Positions 1 through 21,719 are shown, counted from the stretch's first letter. The stretch: DNA of 64,000 bases from the human T2T-CHM13v2.0 reference genome, Homo sapiens (GCF_009914755.1 NC_060932.1); one strand, 5' to 3'. Made by a program: numbers and translations. Notes: generated by a model from the sequence alone, not told the origin.

Positions 1-287
1 CCTGGGCTCAGGCGATCCTCCTGCCTCCGCCTCCCAAAATGCTGGGTTTACAGGCATGGGCCACCACACCCAGCCATCAGACTTACCCGGCCATCATACC
101 TTTTCTATAAAAGGCCAAATAGTAAATATTTTGGGTTTTTGGGACAATAGCTACTCTGTTGCAATTACTCAACTCAGCTGTTGTAATGTGAAAACAGCCA
201 TAGACAGTTACGTAAACAAACAAACGGTCATGGCTGTATCCAATAAAGCTTCATCTATGGGTGCTGAAATTCAATTTCATATAATTT

Positions 288-1386
288 TTTGTTTTGTTTT
301 AAAACCAAAGTTTATTCCGGCCAACTTATCGTACTGGTATGATAACAGCTCATAGATCAGAAATGGTCTGTTTTAAACCTTCCTATCCATATTGAACACA
401 ATGATGTTGAGGTAAAAGGGGCCCTTTCTTCTTCTTCTTCTTCTTTTTTTTTTTTTTTTTTTTTTTTGAGACAGGGTCTTGCTCTATTGCCCAGGTTGGA
501 GTGCAGTGGTACCATCTCGGCTCACTGCAACCTCCATCTCCTGGGTTCGAGCAATTCTCATGCCTCAGCCTCTTGAGTAGCTGGGATTACAGGTGTGTGC
601 CGCCACACCCAGCTAATTTTTGTATTTTTAGTGGAGACAGGGTTTCACCATCTTGGCCAGGCTGGTCTCGAACTTCTGACTTCAGGTGATCCACCCACCT
701 CGGTCTCCCAAAGTGCTGGGCTTATAGGCATGAGCCACTGCACCCAGCTGAGAGACCCTTTCTCTAAATGAAAATACAATACTTATCCTATGTACTTCTG
801 GAGGGTCCAGAGATGTGGAAGTCATGTATTCGTAAGAATCGTATTAAACAATCTTTATTTGAAAAATAGTACCAATAGTACCATACAATCCTAATGCTAT
901 CTAACTTTAATAAGAGCAATTTCAGCATCAACTAGTGAACAGTAGCTAAACTAACAGAAATCAGTCAGAAGTGCTTTAACAGGAGCAGCACTGGCTGACA
1001 TTCTGCTGGGTCTCTAGGTATTCAGGACCCAGGGAAAACAGAATCAAACCGGCAGGGGTGAGAGCTGAGAGCCGAATGGTCACGTTAGAAAGGCAGCACC
1101 CCGGCCTCCAGCAATGAGCAGAGTGACTCAGCCTCCATCTCCCGTCCCTCAGGAGCACAGTGAGCTCCTGCCCAGGACCCATTTCTCGGCTTCCCTTCAC
1201 CAGACTCCCACCAGATCCCCACCGGACGATGGTGGTGGCCTCTCTGGCCCTACCGGGGACTGGGAGCAGGGAGGGGAAGGGTGGCTGACGGGCATGAGGT
1301 GAGCAGGCAGCCTGTGGTCTCTGGGTGCAGCCTGGTCTGGCCAAGGCGCCTCCTCAGGGCCCGCCCCTGCCCTGGTACAGGCCTCT
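288..1386 (-). pseudogene. Probable 5'-truncated retrocopy (3'UTR-like), parent unknown
   Basis: Interrupts a MER58; flanked by atataattt (279-287 and 1387-1395). T-rich tail at 285-300, with minus-strand AATAAA at 311-316 and 854-859. Confidence 0.6.
424..750 (-). mobile_element. Alu (S-type) inserted in the retrocopy
   Basis: Poly-T followed by gagacagggtcttgctct...gagccactgcacccagc; flanking ccctttct duplication. Confidence 0.9.
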
Positions 1387-1404
1387 ATATAATTTTCTTT
1401 CCCC

Positions 1405-2310
<906 letters not shown>

Positions 2311-3431
2311 CTTTTTTTGAAGCATTAAAAAAAAAAATGTAAAAACCATTCTTGACTTGAAAAGGCTGTACAAAAACAGGAGGCAGGCTGTAGTTTGCTG
2401 ACCCCTGTTCTAGGCCTGCAAGTCAGACAGGTTATAAGATCGAATCCTCTCTTAACAACTCACAGTGTGACTTAGGCAAATGAGAGTGCTGCTGCCTCTC
2501 TGGGTCTGTTTGCCCAGCTGCACGATGGAGACATTGACCTGAATGAGAATTATTAAAAATAGTACACCTCAGTGCTTCAAGAAGCAGGCCTTCCTTTTGC
2601 AGTCAAGGTTTAGCCTGAAGTGAGCAGTCCATAAGGACAGAGGCAGCTTATTCTCAACTCTGAGAGCCATATCATGTCCCCAAGGCGATTCTTTCCCAGG
2701 CTCAAGACACAGGTTTCTGTGTAAAGTAATAGAAAGTCAAAAGGCCGAGTAAGGACATATCCCCTTAGGAGGCTTTTTGGCATTGGGAAACCCTGCCCTC
2801 AAAGGGCTCAAGGAAGCCAGTTTCGAGTCAGAAGTGATAGTTCATGACGTCCCAGTAGGGGAAAACTGCAGGGCCCAAAAGCTGACACCCGCAGAGCAGC
2901 CCAGGGGCAAGCTGCCTGTGTTGAGAGACTGGGTCCAAGGGCTAATGGCGGCTGTCGTGCTGACCACTGGCCCCAGTAAAGAATGGTAACCACGCCCGGT
3001 AAGTGACTGTTTTCCTGGTTGGGAGTGGGCAGGGTGTCCCCGGCAAGTCCCCACTTTGATCCACAGGTGGCTATGATTATAACCTGGGCCGGAAGGGACC
3101 TAGATTATCTTTGTGACTGCTGCAGCTTTTTTTTTTTTTTTTTTTTTTGCCAAAGGGAATTGTTAGCCAGGAAAGTTTCTCCTGGGAATCCTATCAGTCC
3201 TTGTCGCAGAACACACATAGCTGCCAGCTACCAAGTCGTGGAGATACGTTCAAAACAGTACAGACGGTGTGATCCTATCTTCCTTGTAAAGTGTGGCTAT
3301 TTACATGAGAGGAAAAATCCTGAGACAAGTCAAAACTACAGTGGTTACCTCTTGGTAGTGAGGAAATTAGGACTTTTTTCTTTTCCAAGAACAAACATGT
3401 TATGCTGTTACTTAGAAAAATCTGGAGTGAG

Positions 3432-4282
<851 letters not shown>

Positions 4283-5372
4283 TAAAGCTTTCCATTACTA
4301 GCTGCTGGGCTAAGGGGACTCAAAAGAAAAGATGGTTGTGTCTCCCTCCTTGGGCTGGAATTTGAAAAATATAATAGCCTGGCCCTGAGGGCTGGGTTTG
4401 GTGGCAATAGCAGGAACCAAACAGAACTCCAAAGCAAGGGGAATAAATCTGAGAGAGAAAAGTTGGGGTCATTTGTGTAATTAAACTTTCCTTCCTTGAA
4501 GACCTTCCATTTAGAGGGTTGTTTTATTAAGAGATTTAATAAATAAAATAAAATTTATTAAGTGTCTTCATGTCACTACACATGGCAGTCGATGTCCACT
4601 TGGAATCACCAGGCCTCTCCACCAAAACCAGGGAGGCCTTCAGGGAAGCTCCCCCATCCCAGCCCAGGAGTCTCACAGGCACCGCCTGCCTCTGTCTCTC
4701 TACAATGTGACTCATCTCTAAGAGCAAAGGTATCACTTCCATTCCAAGAGGTCTGGGACCTTGGAGTGTGGACCACGTGCACCGCTCGCGGGGCAGGCAC
4801 ACCTCTCACCTCCTTGGGAAAGGCCTGGGGTTTGGAGAGATGAACTCCAGGAGACTCCTGTGCATCCCTAATACCCTCTATTCACACATGGACAAACTAA
4901 GTCAACTGAACAAGGACCTGGTTCCCAGATGGGGCAGTTGAGCCCAGCCTGAATTCAACTCATGCCCCCAAAGTGAAGACATCACTCTGTGGGAACCTGT
5001 GTGTGTGGTGGGGGTGGGAACTGAGGAAAGACCCTGTCCAAATGCTCAGCCAAGGGTACCGGCTGCAAAGGAAAAGGGGGCAGCACGTTCCAACTCAGTT
5101 TCTCTGGCCAGTGCCATGGTCCCTCAGGCCAAGATGAAGGGTGCATCCGAAGGGACCAGACATGTCCGTCCTCTTTGAGAAAAAGGGCGTTGGGACTCCT
5201 GGGAACCAGGCAAGATGGCAGCAACAGAAATCCCAGTGAGAGACCCTCATGGGATGAGAAACACTGGTCATCCCCCCACCCCCACCAAGAGAGGTTTTCC
5301 AGGAAGACAAAATAAATTTTTATTGCACCCATACCAAACTACAGACACAAATCTTTGAAAGGTAAGTACCAT

Positions 5373-5378
5373 TTTATT
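5373..5378 (-). terminator. Main polyadenylation signal AATAAA
   Basis: Plus-strand tttatt at 5373-5378; on the minus strand TTGTGTCTGTAGTTTGGT (GU-rich) follows ~25 nt downstream. A second AATAAA lies at 5319-5324. Confidence 0.7.
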
Positions 5379-6600
5379 TAGTGTTGTAGGAAATGTTGGG
5401 TTACTTCTTAAAAACGAAACCAAAGAAATTCAAAAGTCCCAAAGAAAGAAAGCAGGAAATAATAATTCTATAATCCAAAAACGTTGGGCGATCCTTCAGT
5501 TGGAGGAAGAGGGCGTCAGTTAAGTAGCTCACACAGTAGATATGGAGACACCATATGGAGATACGGAGTTAAGTTTGGTGGATACTAGGAATTAAGTTCT
5601 CCACCTAAGGCAATTAATTTTTCAGCCTTGAGAGATAATTAGTAGTTCTAGAAAAAGAAAAAAAGTTGACTGGGAGAAGGGTGGGAGGGAGGATGGTGCG
5701 TCATTTAACATTAAATTGCCTCTCTCTACAGTATGTGGCTGAGCATCATGGACCTTCCTCCCTCTGCCCCGTTGAGCTCCCACTGTTAGCAAAACTGAGA
5801 AGCACATGCCTGTGTCTTCTTCATACCGGCATGTGCACACACACCTGTATCTCCTTCATACAGGCATATGCAGAGCCCTCACCAATCGGGGTCCACAGCT
5901 GTTCAGTATGGCAAAGGGCAGACTTACTCCTTCATCCACTCTGCTGCCTTGATGAGGTGAACACACTGGAATAAGATGGAGGGCAGGATACCTGCCAAAG
6001 CCTGAGGAATGAGATGATCTGAAACAATTGGGCAAAGGCTGGACATTTCGAAAAGCTGACTTCCAACTGCAGTTTATGGGTATAGAATTTGATGCTTCCC
6101 TCAAGTCCTGACTGCTCTTTCTGAGGCAGCCAGGCTAGGCCAAGAAATGAGCTGCTCCAGCTTCTCCAGAGCACAGCAGCCTCCCAGGGCCTGTCAGCAT
6201 CTGCAGCAGCTGGAAGGAGGTCCCAGCTCTTCTGAGACATAGGCCATTTGTAGGATTCTCCAGTGCTCCAATTCACTAATGTCTCCTAATGGCTCAGAAC
6301 AGGCTAAAGCTTCTCCCAGATAACCCCTCCCCCAAAACTGAGTCCTCAGGGACAGTTGTTAACTGAATGACCTCCAGGTTATCTACTTTGGGAGGTGCAG
6401 GAATGCTATAAACTGAATTTTTTCCCAGCAGCAGCAGAAGCCAGGCACCCTTGAGTCAATTGTCCTTCATTGTCCAGAGCTACCAAGTGGCATTTCAGAG
6501 CACAGGAATTTACTCCTCCACCCAGATGTCCCTCTCATATGGACTGAGTCACACACCCCAGGTCCTAGCAGCAGACATCTCCAAACCAACATCCTTGTGA

Positions 6601-7050
<450 letters not shown>

Positions 7051-7777
7051 CATACATGTACATTTTCAGAGTTCAAGTGAACATACAGTTTTCTTTATAA
7101 GTATGTAAATAAATTTCATAGCACTACAAAAATACAAGTCATCTGAGAAGTTTACAGTGGTCCCAGTACTGTAGGAGAGAATTAAATAAAATAAAATAGC
7201 TGTAGATAATTAAAAGCTAATTAGATAAATCAAGTTACAGTATCATCCTTCAGATTAAAGTGCTCTGATATAACCAATGCCACAGCAAACGAAATCCTGG
7301 AAAGAGATTGCACTGCCAATGATTTTGTCTCTTAACCTCAATGTAACAAGGACATACATAAAAGAGATTCCTGATTTAATAACTGCTATCATCTTCACCC
7401 CCAACCACGCTATTAGCCTGTGATATTCTTCCCCTAGGAGAGATGTCAAGATTAGATGAGATTCTATCATAGCCAGGGAAAAAAATGAGAAATACCAGAA
7501 ACATTCTAATTCCAGTCTTAAGTGAGTAACAACAAAATTACCTGAAAAATCTCAGCTGGTGCTTTTAGCTAAGAAGGAAGCAAGTGCCCTAGTTAAAAAA
7601 AAAAAAAGTCTATAAATCTAGTTTTAAAAATACAAATTCAAAAATAAGTATCATCTTCTTGCTCTGCACAGTTTTATAACAAGGGGGTAAAATGCTGGTG
7701 AGTCTATTCATGAGGGAAAATGGAAAAAAAGCAACCATTTGAAGGCTGAGGCACCTGTTTTCTACTGACTTTTAACT

Positions 7778-7783
7778 TTTATT
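7778..7783 (-). terminator. Candidate proximal poly(A) signal AATAAA
   Basis: Plus-strand tttatt at 7778-7783 inside the 3'UTR; hexamer only. Confidence 0.3.
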
Positions 7784-7951
7784 AACTACATTAAGCCCTT
7801 CACTACAATTTCCCCAGTATCCCACAAATAATTTGGGTTTCCTTTTGGGCAGGGAGAGAAAGTGTTCAAAGGACAGACATGCAGATGCAGTTCAATCCCT
7901 TTGGGGTCCAATCCATGGTCTCCTGTCCCCTGTAGAGTGAAGGGGCTTCTT

Positions 7952-8414
<463 letters not shown>

Positions 8415-9299
8415 TGACATCATTCCACACCTGGAGAACTGTATTAGCGAGTGCGTGGACCACCCAATCCCCTAGCAAAGCGCTGAATAGGCTGGTCTAG
8501 CCAGCAGGAACCTGGCTGTCATAAGAGGAGGGGCTTTCACCAAGTTCCTCAAATTGAATAAAGAGTAATTCTTTTAATTCCTGAATTCTACTTTTCCTAT
8601 CTCCAGTAGAAGGGCCCTGGATCTAAGCAGAAGGTATTTTAAGGCTAGAGAGTAGTAGAAGTCGATGTTTAGAAAAGGCCGCTTGTTCAAAATCTGAAAG
8701 GCATACTCAGAGGCTTTCTCTAAACACCTCTGTTCCCATCAAAAAACAAGACCCAAGTCTGAGAAGCTGGGTAGGTTTACATGGTATCAAAATTTAACAT
8801 CTGCAGCCAAAAGCCACACCTGAGCTACTCAGAAGCCAAGAAAGTATGTGTATGTAACACAGCACCAATCGCATGGTCCTTTTCTCATTTAAAGCTTTCT
8901 CAGGTAAGCTTTAAGAGCTGGAGGATACATACTGAAAAAAAATCTCAGTATGAAAGAAAGAAAACCCCAGTGTTAAAATACATGAATACTTCCTGTGCCA
9001 TCTGAATCTCTGGCTCAGGATCAGATCTTATGACCACATCTCTGGTGGGCATAAAATATTTACAACCTTGTTAAAGGCACAGTGGCATTTAAAACTAAAG
9101 CCTTGGGAATGTACAGTAAAAGATTAATTGTAATCATTAACCTGGCTTCCATTGGTAGAATTCACTCTTGCCGGATAACATGTGAGGGAGATGGTGATTC
9201 GGAGCCTGCTGGCTGGTTATCAGGCAAGGCAAGTCCTTGACCCCTGGAGCAGGTGAAAGTGAAGTCACAGAAACGTCTCGGTGTTTTTTTTCTGCTGAT

Positions 9300-9518
9300 T
9301 TACATCTTTCCTGCTTTTTTGCCAACCTGAGTCGGGATGCGGAGGATATTGGGGGTTTCTTCCATGACCCTGACAAGCAGGTTGTCAATGTAGTCTTCCA
9401 GCTCGCGGACCTGGAACTCCTTCTTGCTTATCGTTTCCTTCTGTTTGAGGACCAGCTGAATCAGCTCATCGTGGGTCAGCTGCGCATATGCAAATGCAGG
9501 GTCCGAGGGGCTGTATTT
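9300..9518 (-). CDS. RAB11FIP1: RAB11FIP1 exon 6 coding part (219 nt incl. TAA), Rab11-binding coiled-coil domain
   Basis: Acceptor ctccaaag|AAATAC. Manual translation KYSPSDPAFAYAQLTHDELIQLVLKQKETISKKEFQVRELEDYIDNLLVRVMEETPNILRIPTQVGKKAGKM*; contains the YID-LL motif of FIP RBDs. Missed by the ORF track. Confidence 0.96.
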   Translation of the reverse strand, partial: KYSPSDPAFAYAQLTHDELIQLVLKQKETISKKEFQVRELEDYIDNLLVRVMEETPNILRIPTQVGKKAGKM

Positions 9519-9637
9519 CTTTGGAGGGGGGGAAATAGTTGGGAAAAAGGAGTTATAAAATTAGCACAGAAACCTAAAACCTAAAAGAAGTACAAAGGAG
9601 GAAAAAGTGACTAGTGATCTGGGTCTCTTGGGAATCC

Positions 9638-16545
<6,908 letters not shown>

Positions 16546-16816
16546 TTAAATAATTTTTTTAAAAAAGAAGGGCCAGTGTCAATCATGTTGCTTGAGACAA
16601 AAAAAAAAAATTAACAATAACTAAACAAGTATAAGGGAATAAAGTAATTATCCAATGGAATGTCTGGGGGCTTCCAAAGTTTACTCAAAGACTCAAGATG
16701 TATGACTAAGTGTTCCTGGCACCACCGGCTGCCCAGGGAGAGGTATACGATGGTGACTATGGAAACGGGTGTTCTGTCAATCCCTAACGAACACACCAGC
16801 TTCTCAGAGGACATAC

Positions 16817-16925
16817 CTTCATCATGACCTCATTGTTCAAGTTCTCACTGATGATGGTGGCAGTTCCCAAGCTGCAGTTAGCAACCTTGGTGGCCGTGGC
16901 ATTCATTGGCTTCACAGGATGAAGT
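16817..16925 (-). CDS. RAB11FIP1: RAB11FIP1 exon 5 (109 nt), RLHPVKP motif
   Basis: Acceptor ctctttag|ACTTCATCC, donor AAG|GTATGT; encodes (R)LHPVKPMNATATKVANCSLGTATIISENLNNEVMMK. Confidence 0.95.
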
Positions 16926-17674
16926 CTAAAGAGAAGGGGAAAAGGATCTTTAGACCCTCCGGTCATGGCAAAACTGAGCAACTGCCCACTGCAAAGACGG
17001 CAGCCAGTAAGCCAGACAAGGGGCAGGTGGGTCACATGCTGCCCTCATCTCTGGGCCAAAGCACTCCAATGTCTCAGTTCCTGTGGAAACAAAAGCAGTC
17101 AGGACAGGGCTGCCACATGCAAGCCAGGAAAGCATGTCCTTGTCCAGATGTCCTGATATCTTCACGGGACCCTTGGTCTTGTTACAAACATCAGAACATT
17201 AAAGGCAGTCTCTTATTTTTTTAAGTCAACTAGAGCCTAGGCATTCACTGTAAAACTCTGCAGAGGCTTCTGTCCCTCCACAGTAAAGACAGCTCAAAAC
17301 AAACATACAAGCTTCACGTTGGGGAGTGCTTGAAGAAGTTTTTGACACTGCTAGATACTACTACCACTCAATGCCAGTTAGTTCTGAGACAGTTAAGATA
17401 CTGGTGGCATTGCGTTTCTGCAATGTGCGAGCTCCAAATCTGACCGTGCAGAACAATTCCTAAGCTATATTTACAGACTACTATTATGTTCTTGCTATAA
17501 ACGCAGCAGTGTCTTGAGGTATTACCACCACAAGGGGCAGCCCTACCAGCAGGACAGTGACAGGTGGGTTGTCACATCAGACGTCTGTGTGGTTAGAAAG
17601 CCGTAACCTCTGCAGGTAGGAAGCAAAGGGGGACATTGCTCACATTTACATAGACAATCTCCCCCATCTCTCAC

Positions 17675-19576
17675 CTGTGCTTGGCTGACCCAGTTCCAGC
17701 GCCTGGCTGAGCTGAGACTGGATGTGTCTCCGAGGGTGAGACCCAGGCCTGGAGGAGTGGCTTCCTCTTGCCAAAATTTTCAACTCTACCAGCGGAGCCC
17801 TCTGCTGTGGCTTTTTTTTGAGATTCTGCTGTGCTGGTGTGGTGAGTGTCAGAATGTGCAGAGCTGGGGAAAGAGTGTGTGACAGGAAAGATCTCAGAAG
17901 GGGAGGGGCTGGGTACAGGATTGTCCAGGGATGTGCCAGGAGGCGGGCTTGGACTCCCATTTCCCATCGGTTTTTCTTCCTCACCACCACTGGGGCCTGG
18001 CAGCTGTTTATCCAAGCTTGAGCTCTTGCCAAGATGTGGTTTGTGAATTCCGAACTCTGTGGTCTGCTCTGAAGGAGCTGTCACAGATGCCTGGGGTGCT
18101 TGCAGCCTGAAATCACACAGGCCCTCCCCCAGTACCAACCTATCTGCCTCGCCACTGGGCCCCTTTCCCCTCTCAGGACAGGGGACTACCAAGCCCAAGG
18201 ACAAAGCTCCTATGTCCAGAGTTGACGACTTTGCTGTCTCTCCATCATCTTCAACCTGATCTCCGTCATCTTCAACCTGATCTATTCTTTCATCATCCGA
18301 TGCGACTTCAGGAATGGAAGGAAGGCTTAAGTTCAGATCGGCCATGATTGGAGATTTAAAATCTGAGACCAACTGAAGGTCACTCAAGGGGTCAGACAAT
18401 AAACCTTCGTGGTCACTGGCTTTGCTCTGATACTGAGTCACAAGGGCATCCTCTCCCTCCATCCTAAAGAGTGGAGTGTCTTTCGCTGAGCTTGCTTCAC
18501 TCATGGGGACTTCGGAGAAACTCTCCTCCTGGGAGGGGAGGAGGAGGTGATCCGCTGGGGAGGCTGGCGCACCACACGTCGCTGGCCCAGGTGTGGTCAC
18601 CGATTCCCTTTCTGAGTCCTCTGCGTGGGGAGACTCAGGAGGCTCTCCGTCAGACGCGTTTCCAGCAACAGACCATGCAGGGTTCAGCTCCTGGGGACAA
18701 CTGCTGTGTCCTTCCACCAGCAAGGCAGCCCCCGCCACTGCCTCTTCCGTGAAGAGCTGCTCAGAAAATGACACACGCTTCTTGGTTTTCTTCTGGTCCT
18801 TGCGGAGGTTCAGACCCATCTCTTCCAGCTTCCGCATCATGGAATCAATGGAAGGGACTGATGCTCCCATGGGAAGAGGGGGCGCCACTTCTTCAGCTGC
18901 ATCCCTGGCTTTGCTCTCCACAAGAGACCCAGCCTGACTCTCCAAGTCTCTGTCTCCTCCTGCTGCAAGCTCCCCAACAGGGCTCACAGCTCCATCACTG
19001 CTGAGTGAAAGGGCAAACGGTACTTCCTGGGCTTCTCCAGATGATGGGCTGTAGTCTTGTTTTTTGCAGGGGAATCTCGGAAGTTCTTCCTCTTGTCGCC
19101 CTGTTTCAGGCTGCTCTGGGAGAGACTCCTCCAACTCAAGGCTGCTGGTGTTCTTCTCTGTGCCTGTCTCACGGGTCCTGCCCATCAGAGAATCTTCTGT
19201 CCCTTTATTTGCTGGAAAGGATGGCTGTTTGAAAAGTGATCCCAGGACAGAAGAACCAGAATTTGGAACCGGTGTTAAACTCTCAGTTTGCAACTCTGCC
19301 TTAGGGAGCAAGGGTGGTCCTTCAGACTTGGCCTGGCCCCTGTCTACGAGAGGCCAGCTTTCAATTGGAGTGGATGTGGAAATGGGAGCTGCTATGGGAG
19401 ATGAGAGAGAGGAGAAGACAGAAGGACTCTCAGAGGACTGTGTGTCTGCACCATGTCCCAATTCAGAGGGGACAGATGCCTGGCCAGAGCTAGAAGGAAG
19501 AGGAGGAAGAGAGGAAGGGGAGTCAGTAGGGGAAGGAAGCCTGGCTGTGGGTTGCGCCTCTGGAGACACTTCCAGT
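17675..19576 (-). CDS. RAB11FIP1: RAB11FIP1 exon 4 (1902 nt, 634 codons), large frame-neutral alternative exon
   Basis: Acceptor tttttgcag|ACTGGAAGTG, donor AG|GTGAGA. Open throughout (632-aa ORF in track); phase 2 at both ends, so inclusion gives 1283 aa and skipping gives 649 aa. Confidence 0.95.
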
Positions 19577-19719
19577 CTGCAAAAAGGACAAAATAAAATC
19601 TGCAGGTCAGTGCAGATGCATCACGAGAGACAAAGAAAATACACAAAAACAAGTCATTCACCAGGGGAGAACGTCTTTACACGTGGGGCAGTACCTTAAG
19701 AAGTTAAAAAAGGAACGCT

Positions 19720-20024
<305 letters not shown>

Positions 20025-20249
20025 TTAACATACACAACAGACACTTTTATAACCAAGCAGATCCGTCACACAAAAGTCTGTTGCAATAGAAATGAAAAGA
20101 TCCCGGTAAAGCAATAGCCTCTGGTTTCTTGTGGTGATTAACACAAGGCCCGAGCATTTGATTATTACAGGACAAAATGCACCTAAAAGGTTTAAAGTGG
20201 TTAAAGATGTAACACAAAGCAACAGGCACAGATAAGTTTAAGAGGAACA

Positions 20250-20256
20250 GTGTGTA

Positions 20257-20288
<32 letters not shown>

Positions 20289-20289
20289 C
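20250..20289. repeat. (TG)n microsatellite
   Basis: Interrupted tgtgtatgtgtgtgtatatgtgtgtg... run. Confidence 0.85.
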
Positions 20290-20911
20290 ATGTCAAAGTA
20301 AGCAGAATCTCTAAAAAAAAAAATCTCACTCCCCAGACCGCAGAAATATTGTCAGTATGAATGTGATCACACAGAAAAGCAGAAGTCCCCAAGGCCAGTC
20401 CCCAAGGCTTATGCCGGCTCTTACAACAAGGGGCAGAGTGGACACAAAGAACCGTCACTGTCACTTGAGAGAGGACCGAGGGTCTCTCATACCAGAAACC
20501 AATGCCAAAAGGCAAGGAGGCAGGATAACATCTGGCTCAAAGGGAAATGTGAGATAAGAACTTCGAAAACACAGGTTCTGCATACACTACAACCCAAACT
20601 CAGTATTCCCAACTTGCAACACCCACAATCTGCTACAAACCACTGCGTTCCACTGAGATCTGATAAGCTGACTGAAAGGACAGACCATGCCTGCTGGGCA
20701 GTAGCTCTGAGCTGGGAAACATCACTGCAATTTATACAGGGCAGGCCAGGCTGGCAGTAGGGACTGGTTAAAAAAATAATTTAGACCAGCAAACCTTTGG
20801 CATATATGGGTACTATGATATCATGGGACCCACAAGAGCTGGTCTAACGTAAGCCTGAAAACCACCAATGGCAAGGCAGAAATGCCCTGCACGAGAAGAG
20901 CCAAAACTCAC

Positions 20912-21719
20912 CGGGGCTTGACAGCTCTGGTCTGGGGAGCCCTCGGAGAGGAAATTGGAGGTCTCGGTTCAGACTTGGACTCTGGCTCAGCTTCTGGTTC
21001 TGTGATCTGCACATCTTCAAAGAGGTTCAGGGAGCTGCCCTGTCTGGAGACAACAGCTGCAGTATCTTTCTCAGATCTTCTCACAAGGTCTTCAGCAGGC
21101 CCCGATGCGTCCTCCCCCGGCTTAACCCCCATCAGCATGCCTTCCTTCTCCCTCCCTGGGACCGTGAGAGGGTTTTCACCTTCACTGCCCTTAGCCACAT
21201 CCTTCTTCCCCGTCATCAGAGACAGCAAAGAGGACCTCCTGCTCTCTGGCTTCTTGCTCTCCTTAGCTTCTTTTGTGGCCTCTGAGTTTGCGGGGGCCAT
21301 GTTTTCCCTGAGGTCCCCACTGACCAGTGGGGCAGGTCGGTAGGACGGCAGGGTCATAGACTTCAAGGAGTCCTTGGTGGAAGATTCGGAGAGCTGCCTG
21401 TCAGAAGACAGCCCACCTCCTTCAGCAGGCTCCTTCCAAGACCCAGCCGCCAGGTTCTCTGTAGAAGAGAACAAATGCTTCTTTCTGAAGCCCTTGGGGG
21501 ATGGGGAGGAGGACGGGCTGCTATCCTTGATCTCACCCTTGGCTTCTGGCTGCTCCAGGTAAACATGGTTCCCATTGATGCAGACATTAGAGCGGGAAAG
21601 GACATCATTCTTAGACCGAAGGCCACCAAGAAAGGAAAGTCCTTCCTTCTTGGGAAGGGTAAAGTTGACCTGGTTCAGTTGCTTAAGATCCGTACTCGCT
21701 GTTCTCTTGTGAGACATGA
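20912..21719 (-). CDS. RAB11FIP1: RAB11FIP1 exon 3 (808 nt), Ser-rich linker
   Basis: Acceptor cttcccaaag|TCATGTCT gives VMSHKRTAST...; ends AVKP-CG|GTGAGT (20911-20906). Confidence 0.96.

Noticed and set aside
19064-19699. 211-aa plus-strand ORF (and others at 20882-21343, 23616-23981, 9237-9584)
   Set aside because: Antisense shadows of RAB11FIP1 coding exons.
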